A DNA stretch of 64,000 nt from an uncultured Bacteroidales bacterium. GTDB lineage: Bacteria > Bacteroidota > Bacteroidia > Bacteroidales > UBA1715. The position numbers were made by a program, and so were the translations under genes. Positions 38,462-47,034 of this stretch are shown here, piece by piece; position 1 is the stretch's first letter, and every line of letters begins with the position of its first letter. The stretch covers positions 80,326-144,325 of the forward strand of contig CAYFVM010000002.1 of NCBI GenBank assembly GCA_964346725.1. The letters run 5' to 3'. The notes under the pieces were generated by a model. That model saw only the letters and a program-made list of their open reading frames with translations, had not been told where the DNA came from and did no database searches.

Positions 38462-40015
38462 TTAGAATATTACATCTTCGTGATTGTCTGTTTCAAATTT
38501 ATATTCAAGAAAAGCATTCTCATTTGTCGGGACAACTTTTGTGTTAAATCCATATTTGCGTTTCCATTGAAACTCTATAGAAAAGATCCCTTTCTTTATG
38601 TGTGAAGCTATGTAAGGATGAACTTTAATAAATATTTTCTTGTCTTCTGTGTTTTCACGTATGTAAGATAGTTCATTTTCGATTTCTTGAATTAAATTTA
38701 TGCTTGGTGTTACAATTCCTGTCCCTTTACAACAAGGACAAGTCTCATTCGTATTTATTTTTTGTTCGGGACGGACTCTCTGACGTGTAATTTGCATAAG
38801 CCCAAATTTTGTTAATGGCAAAATATTGTGTTTAGCTCTATCTCCAGCCATAGCCTCTCTCATCGTTTCGTATAGCTTTGTTTTGTTGACATTATCCTTC
38901 ATGTCTATGAAGTCTACAATAATAATGCCACCCAAGTCGCGCAAACGTATTTGACGAGCTATTTCTATTGCCGAAGTAATGTTTACCTCTATCGCATTTC
39001 CTTCTTGGTCTTTGTCTGCTTTTATTCTATTTCCACTATTTACGTCAATAACATGGAGGGCCTCAGTTTTTTCGATAATGAGGTATGCACCACTTTTAAC
39101 AGGAATAGTTTTCCCAAATGAACTTTTTATTTGCCTTTCTATCCCATATTGCTCATAAATAGGAGGTCCTGCAGTATATAGACGAACAACTTTGGCATCC
39201 TGTGGTGATATTTCGGCAATGTAAGTTTTAACTTCATTGTAGAGATTTTTGTCGTCTACAACAATGTTGGTGTATGATGGATTGTAAACATCGCGAATTA
39301 GTGAGGAAACCCTATCAACTTCTCGTTGTACGAGAAATGGGGTTTTGTTTTTCCCTTCTTGAATTTTTGTGAGTGTTTGATTCCATTTCTCAACAAGTTC
39401 TGCAATTTCTTTTTCTAATACTGATATATCACAGCTTTCAGCTAAGGTTCTAATGATTGCACCATAATTATTGGGAAGTAGGTTTTTAACAATCTTCTTC
39501 AACCTTGATTTCTCTTCAATCGATTCAATTTTTTGCGATATTGAAATCTTGTTAGAGAAAGGGATTAAAATAATATTTCTACCAGCAATTGAAATTTCTG
39601 CACTTAATTTAGGTCCTTTTGTTGATATGGGTTCTTTTGCAACTTGTACGAGTATAAGTTCTCCTATTTGAAGAAGGTCTGATACTATACCATTTTTATC
39701 AATTTCTGGTTCTAGATTTATAGAACAGAAGTTTGGATTTCGTTTGTTTTCAGAGATATTTTTTAGATAGGAGTGATATGATTCAAAGTTTGGACCTAAG
39801 TCGTTGTAGTGTAGAAATGCAGCATGTTCGTATCCTAAATTAACAAACACTGCATTGAGAGAGGGAATGATTTTTTTTATTTTGGCTAAAAAAATGTCTC
39901 CGACAGCAAAGTTTATATCATTATTACTAGAAACAATTTCCAACAATTTGGAATCTTCTAATAATGCTATGTCAACGGAGTTTTTTCGCCCTCGTATTAT
40001 AATTTCTTTGTTCAT
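38462..40015 (-). CDS. rng: ribonuclease G/E family endoribonuclease
   Basis: 517 aa. It has an S1-like N-terminus, the catalytic segment ALHVIDVNSG and GGIIIVDFIDM, and the Zn-link CPCCKGTG. Confidence 0.9.
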   Translation of the reverse strand: MNKEIIIRGRKNSVDIALLEDSKLLEIVSSNNDINFAVGDIFLAKIKKIIPSLNAVFVNLGYEHAAFLHYNDLGPNFESYHSYLKNISENKRNPNFCSINLEPEIDKNGIVSDLLQIGELILVQVAKEPISTKGPKLSAEISIAGRNIILIPFSNKISISQKIESIEEKSRLKKIVKNLLPNNYGAIIRTLAESCDISVLEKEIAELVEKWNQTLTKIQEGKNKTPFLVQREVDRVSSLIRDVYNPSYTNIVVDDKNLYNEVKTYIAEISPQDAKVVRLYTAGPPIYEQYGIERQIKSSFGKTIPVKSGAYLIIEKTEALHVIDVNSGNRIKADKDQEGNAIEVNITSAIEIARQIRLRDLGGIIIVDFIDMKDNVNKTKLYETMREAMAGDRAKHNILPLTKFGLMQITRQRVRPEQKINTNETCPCCKGTGIVTPSINLIQEIENELSYIRENTEDKKIFIKVHPYIASHIKKGIFSIEFQWKRKYGFNTKVVPTNENAFLEYKFETDNHEDVIF

Positions 40016-40028
40016 GCACTTGTATTAA

Positions 40029-40063
40029 AAATAATCCATTATTGATTCAATAATGGATTATTT
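40029..40063 (-). terminator. perfect 16-bp hairpin between the small basic ORF and rng (terminator, attenuator or rng 5'-UTR element)
   Basis: AAATAATCCATTATTG (40029-44), loop ATT, CAATAATGGATTATTT (40048-63). It ends 13 nt upstream of the rng ATG. Confidence 0.5.
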
Positions 40064-40093
40064 AAATGTGAATTTTAAAATTTAGAAATAATC

Positions 40094-40183
40094 TTATTTC
40101 TTTTTGTGACGATTCTTTCTCAATTGTTTTTTTCTTTTGTGTGTTGCCATTTTGTGGCGTTTATGTTTTTTTCCGTTTGGCAT
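40094..40183 (-). CDS. 29-aa highly basic peptide, possibly a bS22-like (AURKAIP1/COX24-like) ribosome-associated protein
   Basis: Not in the track (under 60 aa). My translation is MPNGKKHKRHKMATHKRKKQLRKNRHKKK*, with 19 of 29 residues K/R/H. GGAGG lies 7 nt upstream of the ATG, and the ORF starts 18 nt after the HU gene stop. Confidence 0.6.
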   Translation of the reverse strand: MPNGKKHKRHKMATHKRKKQLRKNRHKKK

Positions 40184-40201
40184 AATTAATCCTCCAATGT
40201 A

Positions 40202-40486
40202 TTATTTAACGTTATTTTTGACTACTGTTATAAATGTCTTTGCTGGTTTGAAAGAAGGCACATTGTGTGCGGGTATTTTTATCGTAGTATTTTTAGCAAT
40301 ATTACGAGCAGTTTTTTCTGCACGTTTTTTTATTACAAAACTCCCAAATCCTCTAAGATATACGTTATTTCCTTCTCGTAGTGATTTCTTGATTGCTTCC
40401 ATCGAAGTTTCAATCGTTTTTTGAACAATTACTTTTTCAATGCCAGTTTTCTTAGAGACTTCGTTTACGATATCAGCCTTTGTCAT
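40202..40486 (-). CDS. HU/IHF-family DNA-binding protein
   Basis: 94 aa, MTKADIVNEVSKKTGI...LRGFGSF..K.RAEKTARNIAKNT.I.IPA...P.FKP. Confidence 0.9.
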   Translation of the reverse strand: MTKADIVNEVSKKTGIEKVIVQKTIETSMEAIKKSLREGNNVYLRGFGSFVIKKRAEKTARNIAKNTTIKIPAHNVPSFKPAKTFITVVKNNVK

Positions 40487-40535
40487 TTCTTTTATTTTTT
40501 AATTTTTGTTATACTTTATTTCCTTTAAAACCGTG

Positions 40536-40543
40536 CAAATGTA
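40536..40543 (-). promoter_or_regulatory. -7 box TAcaTTTG (HU gene / small basic ORF)
   Basis: Reverse-strand TAnnTTTG match 49 nt upstream of the ATG at 40486. Confidence 0.4.
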
Positions 40544-40589
40544 CACTTATTATTTAATAATCAAAATATTACGAATATAAAAACTTGAA

Positions 40590-41306
40590 TTATTTCAATA
40601 GGGGATCTTCGGTATCAAATGCTTGTGATTGACAATTTCTATTTGCGAATCTATTATGTCTAATTAAAGCAAAATCGCCTCGAATTGTGTCCCCAATTCG
40701 AGTAGCATGTTGAGCTTCTTTATAAAGAACAAGCATGTATGAATATACTCCTGATACCAATGGTTTTGTGTTATTATGTTGGTAGTAACCCGTTGTTGTA
40801 TCCATAGCAACCTCACCAATAAATAGGTTGTTCCTGTTGTCATAGTCAGTATAGATTCTTATTTTGGTTGAGTCATTTCCTGTTTTGATAAATAATCTAT
40901 TGTATGGGAATTGGTTAATACCTCCAATGTAGAAGAATCCGTTTTTATCATCGTTGAATGTTGTGTTTGGATTTATACGGCATGGACATGCGGTATCATT
41001 TCCAGCAAGTAAAGAATCTCTCGCTTCTTGTACTGTACACAATTTTTGATAACTATGAACCCTGTAAGGCTCAACGTATGATCCGAGTTCTGGGTGATAT
41101 ACCATAGAGTCACACATATGGTGATTGCTAGGTGTTATAACTGGATATACAGTGATGGAAGCTCCCGATGCTGTATCAACAACAATAGTTCTTGCCATTA
41201 TACCTTCAACCTTGCAATCAAGGGTTTCTTCCGGATCGCTACAAGATGTGATTGTGAGTGCTGAAAATCCTAGCAGACAAAGTATTGTTACAAAGTAGTT
41301 TTTCAT
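40590..41306 (-). CDS. lipoprotein with an internal type-B-CTD-like (CHU_C-like) module
   Basis: 238 aa. Lipobox LTITSC. Residues ~111-216 parallel the CTD of the 15210-20117 protein (see finding). Confidence 0.65.
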   Translation of the reverse strand: MKNYFVTILCLLGFSALTITSCSDPEETLDCKVEGIMARTIVVDTASGASITVYPVITPSNHHMCDSMVYHPELGSYVEPYRVHSYQKLCTVQEARDSLLAGNDTACPCRINPNTTFNDDKNGFFYIGGINQFPYNRLFIKTGNDSTKIRIYTDYDNRNNLFIGEVAMDTTTGYYQHNNTKPLVSGVYSYMLVLYKEAQHATRIGDTIRGDFALIRHNRFANRNCQSQAFDTEDPLLK

Positions 41307-41365
41307 GGCTTTATAGTTTTATGTTTTTGCTGTAATAATTAATTTATAACAAATTCGTATTGAAG

Positions 41366-41373
41366 CAAATATA
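41366..41373 (-). promoter_or_regulatory. -7 box TAtaTTTG (lipoprotein 40590-41306)
   Basis: Reverse-strand TAnnTTTG match 59 nt upstream of the ATG at 41306. Confidence 0.35.
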
Positions 41374-41410
41374 CTTATAAAATTTAGAAAATCAATACAC
41401 TCCGATTTAT

Positions 41411-43525
41411 TTAATTGAAATTAAGCCTATTGTCTTCTATTTCAGCTTTGTCTTCTAATATCTTGTATATATTGTTTGTGATTGTAGATGCTGCGCGTTG
41501 TCTTTGTCCTTGGATTTCTTTTTCAGGAGTAGTTATGTCACCTACTTTTTTAGAAGTTACTTGTGCTACATACACACCACGTTCTCCAGCTATAGGATTT
41601 GTTATAGCTTTTTCATCCATAGTAGAAAGGGTCGCAAAAAGAGTAGGTTCTACTCCAATGCCAGGTCCACTCATGGTTGAGAATGAAAGATTTGTAGATG
41701 GTAGAATATCAAGTGCTTTTGCTTGAGAAAGTGATTCTAGAGATGTGTATTTTATTCCTTTCAATTCATCTAAAATCTGTTTTTTCTTTTGTTCTTTTCT
41801 GTATTCATCGGTAACAATTTCTTTTACTTGATCTAATTTTGCAATACCTTTTTCATCAACTGATGCAATTACTGCAATTAAGAATTTGTCTCCACAACGG
41901 AATATTTCTGAAACTTCACCAATTTTTTCTTTGTTTTGGTGTGCCCAACGAATTACTTGTCTTGAATCGTCTATGCCTGGAATAACACGTTGCTCAGCAG
42001 GAGTGTTGTTTGCATATTTCAAAACCAATGATTTGTCTTTTTCTATAGCTGATTCAAAAGCTTCTTTTGTTCTATTATCAGAAACGAATTTTATAGCATT
42101 CTGATATACATATGAACGTGTTGCTTGTGAGTATGTTACAGCTTTTGCAAATGTTTGTATTTGTACTCTTTTTGATTTAGGTCCTTGTTCTAGAATTTGA
42201 ATCAAGTGTACACCATAATTAGATGGAGCAACGTATAGTTTTCCTTTTTCTCCAAAGAAACTTGAATCTTGGAAAGAAGGAACCATTTCACCTTCTTTAA
42301 ACCAATCTATAATACCACCATTGATTCCTGAAGCAGAATCTTTTGAATATTGACGTGCCAATCCTGCAAAGTCAGCTCCGTTTTCTATTAAAGTCTTTAA
42401 ACTATCAATAGTTTGGTATGCATTTTCACCATCAACGAGTATGTGACGAACTTTAGCTGAATCAGCCCCTGGACGTATGTCTGAGATTTTTGTTATTTTA
42501 TAGCTATTGTTTTCAAAATAAACAGGAGTAATGTCACCTATATTGCCATTGAAAGCAAAAGAGTCAATACTTGGAGCCAAACTACCTTTTTTGTTGTATG
42601 TAGGGTTGAATTTTTCATCTGAGTTAAGATTCAAGAAAACTGCATCGTTTTTGTTGTTCTTGAAATCATCGGCTTTCGCAATTACAGTTTGTTCAATTGC
42701 TTTAATGTCTTCTGCCGTAGGAATGATGTCATAAGTAATGTATTCGATTGTAACACCAGCTTCTTGTTCGAAACGTTTTTCGTGATTGATTGTTTTGTAG
42801 AATTTTTCTAAGTCTTTATCATTAACCGCTATGGTGCTATCTGCTATGCTTTCGTATGGTATTCTAACAAAATTAATGTCGAATTGGTTGTTTTTAGTTT
42901 GAGCGCTATTTTCAGCTTCTAATTTTGTAAAATAGATGCCGTTTGAAATAAGGCTTACATATTTTCTACGTAATGTATTTTCGTGAAGAGCTTTTTCAAA
43001 TTGAATCCAATTTGAATAAAATTCTGGGTTGTTTTCTTTTGCAGCTGATAAATTGCTTAATACATTAACAAGCATGTCTTTATCGAATGCACCAGTTTGT
43101 GGATTGGTGAAATAATATTGTAATTCAGGATCAATGTTTTCACCAATAGTAATGTCTTCGATTTCTTCGTCAGAAATGCCATAAACATTTAAGTTCTTTT
43201 TGAATGTGCTCAAGCCGAGTTCGGTATAGCATTCTTCAAAAAGTTTGCCTGTTAAAAATGAGGTCCATGCATTGGTATAGATTTGTTCTCTTTGCCCGTA
43301 TGATAATTCTTGACCGTTAGTTTTTTGTTGGTTTTCCAACATTTCGAAGATGCTATAATATTCGTCGTATGAATATTCTTTTCCGTTAATTTCTGCAATC
43401 ACATTGCTTTGTTTTGAAGAGAATAGAGATGTATCCAAACCTGTGAGAATGAATGCCAACATTGCTAAACCGATAACTACGGTTAATATCCATGTGTTTT
43501 TCCTTAAAGATTGTATAGCTGCCAT
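41411..43525 (-). CDS. periplasmic chaperone / peptidyl-prolyl isomerase (PpiD/SurA-like)
   Basis: 704 aa with an N-terminal membrane anchor (TWILTVVIGLAMLAFILTGL) and a parvulin segment (VRHILV...LARQYSKDSASGINGGIIDWF). Confidence 0.85.
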   Translation of the reverse strand: MAAIQSLRKNTWILTVVIGLAMLAFILTGLDTSLFSSKQSNVIAEINGKEYSYDEYYSIFEMLENQQKTNGQELSYGQREQIYTNAWTSFLTGKLFEECYTELGLSTFKKNLNVYGISDEEIEDITIGENIDPELQYYFTNPQTGAFDKDMLVNVLSNLSAAKENNPEFYSNWIQFEKALHENTLRRKYVSLISNGIYFTKLEAENSAQTKNNQFDINFVRIPYESIADSTIAVNDKDLEKFYKTINHEKRFEQEAGVTIEYITYDIIPTAEDIKAIEQTVIAKADDFKNNKNDAVFLNLNSDEKFNPTYNKKGSLAPSIDSFAFNGNIGDITPVYFENNSYKITKISDIRPGADSAKVRHILVDGENAYQTIDSLKTLIENGADFAGLARQYSKDSASGINGGIIDWFKEGEMVPSFQDSSFFGEKGKLYVAPSNYGVHLIQILEQGPKSKRVQIQTFAKAVTYSQATRSYVYQNAIKFVSDNRTKEAFESAIEKDKSLVLKYANNTPAEQRVIPGIDDSRQVIRWAHQNKEKIGEVSEIFRCGDKFLIAVIASVDEKGIAKLDQVKEIVTDEYRKEQKKKQILDELKGIKYTSLESLSQAKALDILPSTNLSFSTMSGPGIGVEPTLFATLSTMDEKAITNPIAGERGVYVAQVTSKKVGDITTPEKEIQGQRQRAASTITNNIYKILEDKAEIEDNRLNFN

Positions 43526-43569
43526 ATCGTTTATTTAATTCTTTTTGTTTGTTCTTGTTTTCAAGTTGG

Positions 43570-43577
43570 CAAAGATA
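43570..43577 (-). promoter_or_regulatory. -7 box TAtcTTTG (PpiD-like gene)
   Basis: Reverse-strand TAnnTTTG match 44 nt upstream of the ATG at 43525. It sits inside a TTGGCAA/TTGCCAA inverted repeat. Confidence 0.4.
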
Positions 43578-43629
43578 ATAAAATTGCCAAATTGCCAATG
43601 AAAGTGATGAATAATTTTAGGTTGGTTAC

Positions 43630-43854
43630 TTAGCTTTGTTCTTTCATTTGATTGTTTTTAGTAGATTTTCTTCTATGTCTTCGATACAGATACATGGCAA
43701 ATGTGAGTATAAATAGGATACCAAATTTTATACTTTCTTCGTCAAATCCGGCATAGTATATATTAACAATCGCCGTTACTAATGAAGTTGCTGCAATGGT
43801 CAACCATGCATATTCCATTATTATCTGATAGGTATTATATCGTTCTGTTTTCAT
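43630..43854 (-). CDS. small two-TM membrane protein (unknown)
   Basis: 74 aa with two hydrophobic helices and a basic tail. It overlaps the upstream lptC-like gene by 4 nt (ATGA). Confidence 0.5.
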   Translation of the reverse strand: MKTERYNTYQIIMEYAWLTIAATSLVTAIVNIYYAGFDEESIKFGILFILTFAMYLYRRHRRKSTKNNQMKEQS

Positions 43855-44447
43855 TCTTCTTCGCTGTTTGGTAGGTTTTCTCCTTCAAAAGAAATAACTC
43901 CGGTTACTTTTTTTACTTGCCAATCATTAAATTGGTCATCTGATTTGAATCCTTCTCCGTATATGATATCATCGGGGGTAGAGACTTGTACTTTTTTGTC
44001 GGAGTATATTATACCTTCTTTTTGATTCCATACAAGGTATTCGGTATAAATTGTTTCCCCGTCTTTTTTGTTTTTAGCAACAACATTCCCTCTAGCTTCC
44101 CATATATTCCTATTTTCATAGTTGATGGCATAGTTTGCCGAAATCATTGTGAGCGTGTCAGATTCTGGTGTGAACTGGGCTACACTAATACCTTCCGGAA
44201 ATTCCATAATAGATTCTTCTGCTTCGTCATTGGTCTTTTTCTTAAGCATACTTGGAGTAGAAATTGCGATGACAATGTTGCCATATTCCGCCTGCGTAAA
44301 GTGTATGTCTTTCCCCAATAGTTCCGGTAATTTCTCTAATTCCGAAACTTTTATGACATTTTTTATATCGTTCTTACAAGAAAAAAGCAGTATGATAGAC
44401 AAGGTTGCTATCATACTGCTTTTAATGTTTTTTGCTATTAGTCCCAC
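43851..44447 (-). CDS. lptC: LptC-like LPS-export periplasmic protein (lipobox form)
   Basis: 198 aa with LLFSC near the N-terminus and a beta-jellyroll-like repeating pattern (..ARGNVVAKNKKDGETIYTEYLVWNQKEGIIYSDKKVQV..). Assigned by resemblance from memory. Confidence 0.5.
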   Translation of the reverse strand: MGLIAKNIKSSMIATLSIILLFSCKNDIKNVIKVSELEKLPELLGKDIHFTQAEYGNIVIAISTPSMLKKKTNDEAEESIMEFPEGISVAQFTPESDTLTMISANYAINYENRNIWEARGNVVAKNKKDGETIYTEYLVWNQKEGIIYSDKKVQVSTPDDIIYGEGFKSDDQFNDWQVKKVTGVISFEGENLPNSEEE

Positions 44448-45763
44448 TATTTTACTTTAGCAGTTGTAGTTGCATTTATCCAGCATCCTACAGTTTGTGT
44501 TGAACCTTCTGTAACGTTGTATCCAAATAAGGCCTCTACATCTGGGAAATGTGATTTGTAGCTTGCTGCATTGTTATTCGCTTGTGAAGAAATAGAAGGA
44601 TCTACTGCCTTTGCTTTCATACACATATCGTATGCTAACCAATAGATTTTCCATTTTTCTAAGTCAGGGAATTCTGCTCCAGAAGAGCAACTATTTACAC
44701 TTTCGGCATATTTGTTTGCTATAACAAGATATGCATTCCCAAGTTTTGAATTGAGCGAAAGAGCTTTGTTTGCATATGAAACAGCAGTTGAGCCATATGA
44801 ATTTACAGCCATTTTATAGTATATAACAGCTTTTACAGAATTATCTGTTTCCATATCCAGGGCTTGTTTATAGTATTCTATAGCTTTGACTTTCTGATTT
44901 TTTGCAGCATACATATCGCCAATTGCACGTTTTGATTGAGCAGATGGTTCTAGTTTATCAAGTTCTACTGCTGCTTTGAAATAAAGCTCTGTAGATGCGC
45001 ATTTGTCACCCATTGAATTTGTAATCTTTTTTAGCAAGTCAATATCGGTTGGGTTTGCATTGAATTGTGGCTCAAATAATGCAATTAAGTCATCGCATGT
45101 GGGATTCAGAGTAATGAATAAATTATCAATATATTCTTTTTGTGCTTTGAAGTCAGCTGAATATTTATCATTTTTTGCAATTCGCATAGCAAAAACGTCA
45201 GAAATCTTTTGGTAAAGAAATATAGCTTCAGCTTTTGGTAATGACTGGTCTTGGTATTTAGATACTGCCGTTAAAAAACAATAAACCATTGTTTTTAAAT
45301 CGGATTTATTACCCATGCTGTCAAATGATTTGCGACAATATTCATATGCTTCGCTATATTTATTAGGAGATAGTACGTAAAGATCCGATCCTTTTAAACC
45401 AATGTATCTAGATTCTTCACCATAGTATTGAATACGTCTGTCATAAATCATCATGACGGTATCAATATACGCTTGTTTTTTTACAGCGTCTTTTTCACTT
45501 CGTGCCAATGCAGAATACATGTTTGTTCCGTTAGGGTAGTACATGTTTTTAGATGCTTGAGGGCAGCTAAAGAATACTTTTCGCCAAGCATTGAATGTTT
45601 CCTTGGTGAATGCCCCTGTTTTTGATTCATTTGTGTAGCGCAGTTGGTAGATGGTGAGATTTGCTGCACATGCAGAATCCATTCCTGTATTTCCTTGTTC
45701 CTGAGAAAATCCAAATAGCCCTAAAGTTAAAAAGGCTGACGCTAATATTACTAATCGTTTCAT
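44447..45763 (-). CDS. TPR-repeat protein with signal peptide
   Basis: 438 aa with repeated A..YY..A...D motifs. It overlaps the lptC-like start by 1 nt. Confidence 0.7.
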   Translation of the reverse strand: MKRLVILASAFLTLGLFGFSQEQGNTGMDSACAANLTIYQLRYTNESKTGAFTKETFNAWRKVFFSCPQASKNMYYPNGTNMYSALARSEKDAVKKQAYIDTVMMIYDRRIQYYGEESRYIGLKGSDLYVLSPNKYSEAYEYCRKSFDSMGNKSDLKTMVYCFLTAVSKYQDQSLPKAEAIFLYQKISDVFAMRIAKNDKYSADFKAQKEYIDNLFITLNPTCDDLIALFEPQFNANPTDIDLLKKITNSMGDKCASTELYFKAAVELDKLEPSAQSKRAIGDMYAAKNQKVKAIEYYKQALDMETDNSVKAVIYYKMAVNSYGSTAVSYANKALSLNSKLGNAYLVIANKYAESVNSCSSGAEFPDLEKWKIYWLAYDMCMKAKAVDPSISSQANNNAASYKSHFPDVEALFGYNVTEGSTQTVGCWINATTTAKVK

Positions 45764-45765
45764 TG

Positions 45766-47034
45766 TTAATTAATTTTTCGTTTACTAAACCAAACTTCTT
45801 GCAAAGTTACATTTATTTTAATTTGCATATATGTTTCATGCAAAGATTTTGCCAAACTTTTATTTCCTCTTGAACCAAAGTCTATAGAGAGTCCCAGAGA
45901 ATTGTGTGTGTGTCTTGATTTGATTTGTGTCCCAATTGTTACACCATATTCTTGCGCTTGTGCCGTTTCTCCTTCGTAAGCGAATATAATTGGTAAGTCT
46001 GCGTAGTGTGCTCCAATTCTAATTGGGATGCGCTTATAGAATTTTGATGATTTATAGTCTGGAACCAATTCTCCTCCGAGTTTTATAAATCTCGTAGTCG
46101 TAAGGTCTTTGTCTTTTGTGCCGTAGCATGAAATGTTTTCCCAATTTTGTAAACCAGCATCTATGCCCAATACGTATTTGTTTTCGGCTTTAAATCCAAT
46201 ACCTAGTGCTAATTCGCCTGGAATATCGGTATGTGCTCTCGTTATGTTTTTGACGACAGTATCTTTCCCAATTTCTGTTACTCCGCTAATTATATATGAA
46301 TTAAAGGTCTCGGTTGCTTTATATGATAATGATTGTTCTTTTTTCCAAGTAGCACCGAATGTGAGTGTTTTTCCTTCGTTGATTTTCCAATTGTACTGAA
46401 GTCCAAGTCCCCATAAGAAACCTGTTGTTTTGTATTCCAAATCTTTCCGAGAATAAAAGGCTGAAGATTCTTCAAAATAATTTTCTCCGGTATAGTTTGT
46501 TGTCCCAAATAGGTAAGCCAAATTTGCTCCAAGAGAAAGACCTTTGAATATGCGGACACCTGTACTTAATACAAATTGATTAATTCCACCATCTCCTTTG
46601 TACGAGTATTGAGCAAGCGAATCGGAATAGCTCATGTTGTATCCCACACTATTTAATGGAAGCATACCTACAGCACATCCCCAACGGTTTGGAATGATAG
46701 GGAATGCAAGAGAGAATGATTCTACACCAGCACTTGTTTGTGTTGCAGAGATATTGTTTTCTTCAGCTTTTCGGATATTGGCACCTAAACCTACATTAAA
46801 AAGGAATGTCTCGCCTTTTATACTTGACTGGTGAGCCGGATTGACTAAATTTATCTGAGTAGGGCTTAATAGTCCTACACTGATACCACCCATTGCCTGA
46901 TTGTAGGCAGTTGTGTTTGTATAAATGTCACCATAGCCATAGCGTGAAAATGGTGATGTTGTTTGTCGTTGCGCAAGCAATTGATTGCCTACCAATAGTA
47001 AACTTACTATGATAAAGAAGGTTCTATTTCTCAT
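45766..47034 (-). CDS. outer-membrane beta-barrel protein (unknown; FadL/PorV-sized)
   Basis: About 422 aa from MRNRTFFIIVSLLLVGNQLLAQ. It has the SPFSRYGYGD motif and long alternating beta strands. It overlaps the coaX 3' end. Confidence 0.7.
   Translation of the reverse strand: MRNRTFFIIVSLLLVGNQLLAQRQTTSPFSRYGYGDIYTNTTAYNQAMGGISVGLLSPTQINLVNPAHQSSIKGETFLFNVGLGANIRKAEENNISATQTSAGVESFSLAFPIIPNRWGCAVGMLPLNSVGYNMSYSDSLAQYSYKGDGGINQFVLSTGVRIFKGLSLGANLAYLFGTTNYTGENYFEESSAFYSRKDLEYKTTGFLWGLGLQYNWKINEGKTLTFGATWKKEQSLSYKATETFNSYIISGVTEIGKDTVVKNITRAHTDIPGELALGIGFKAENKYVLGIDAGLQNWENISCYGTKDKDLTTTRFIKLGGELVPDYKSSKFYKRIPIRIGAHYADLPIIFAYEGETAQAQEYGVTIGTQIKSRHTHNSLGLSIDFGSRGNKSLAKSLHETYMQIKINVTLQEVWFSKRKIN

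Noticed and set aside
40137-40424. A 95-aa forward ORF across the HU gene and small-ORF region.
   Set aside because: It is antisense to a clearly recognisable HU-family CDS and to the basic 29-codon ORF. The hydrophobic translation is an artefact of the T-rich antisense strand.
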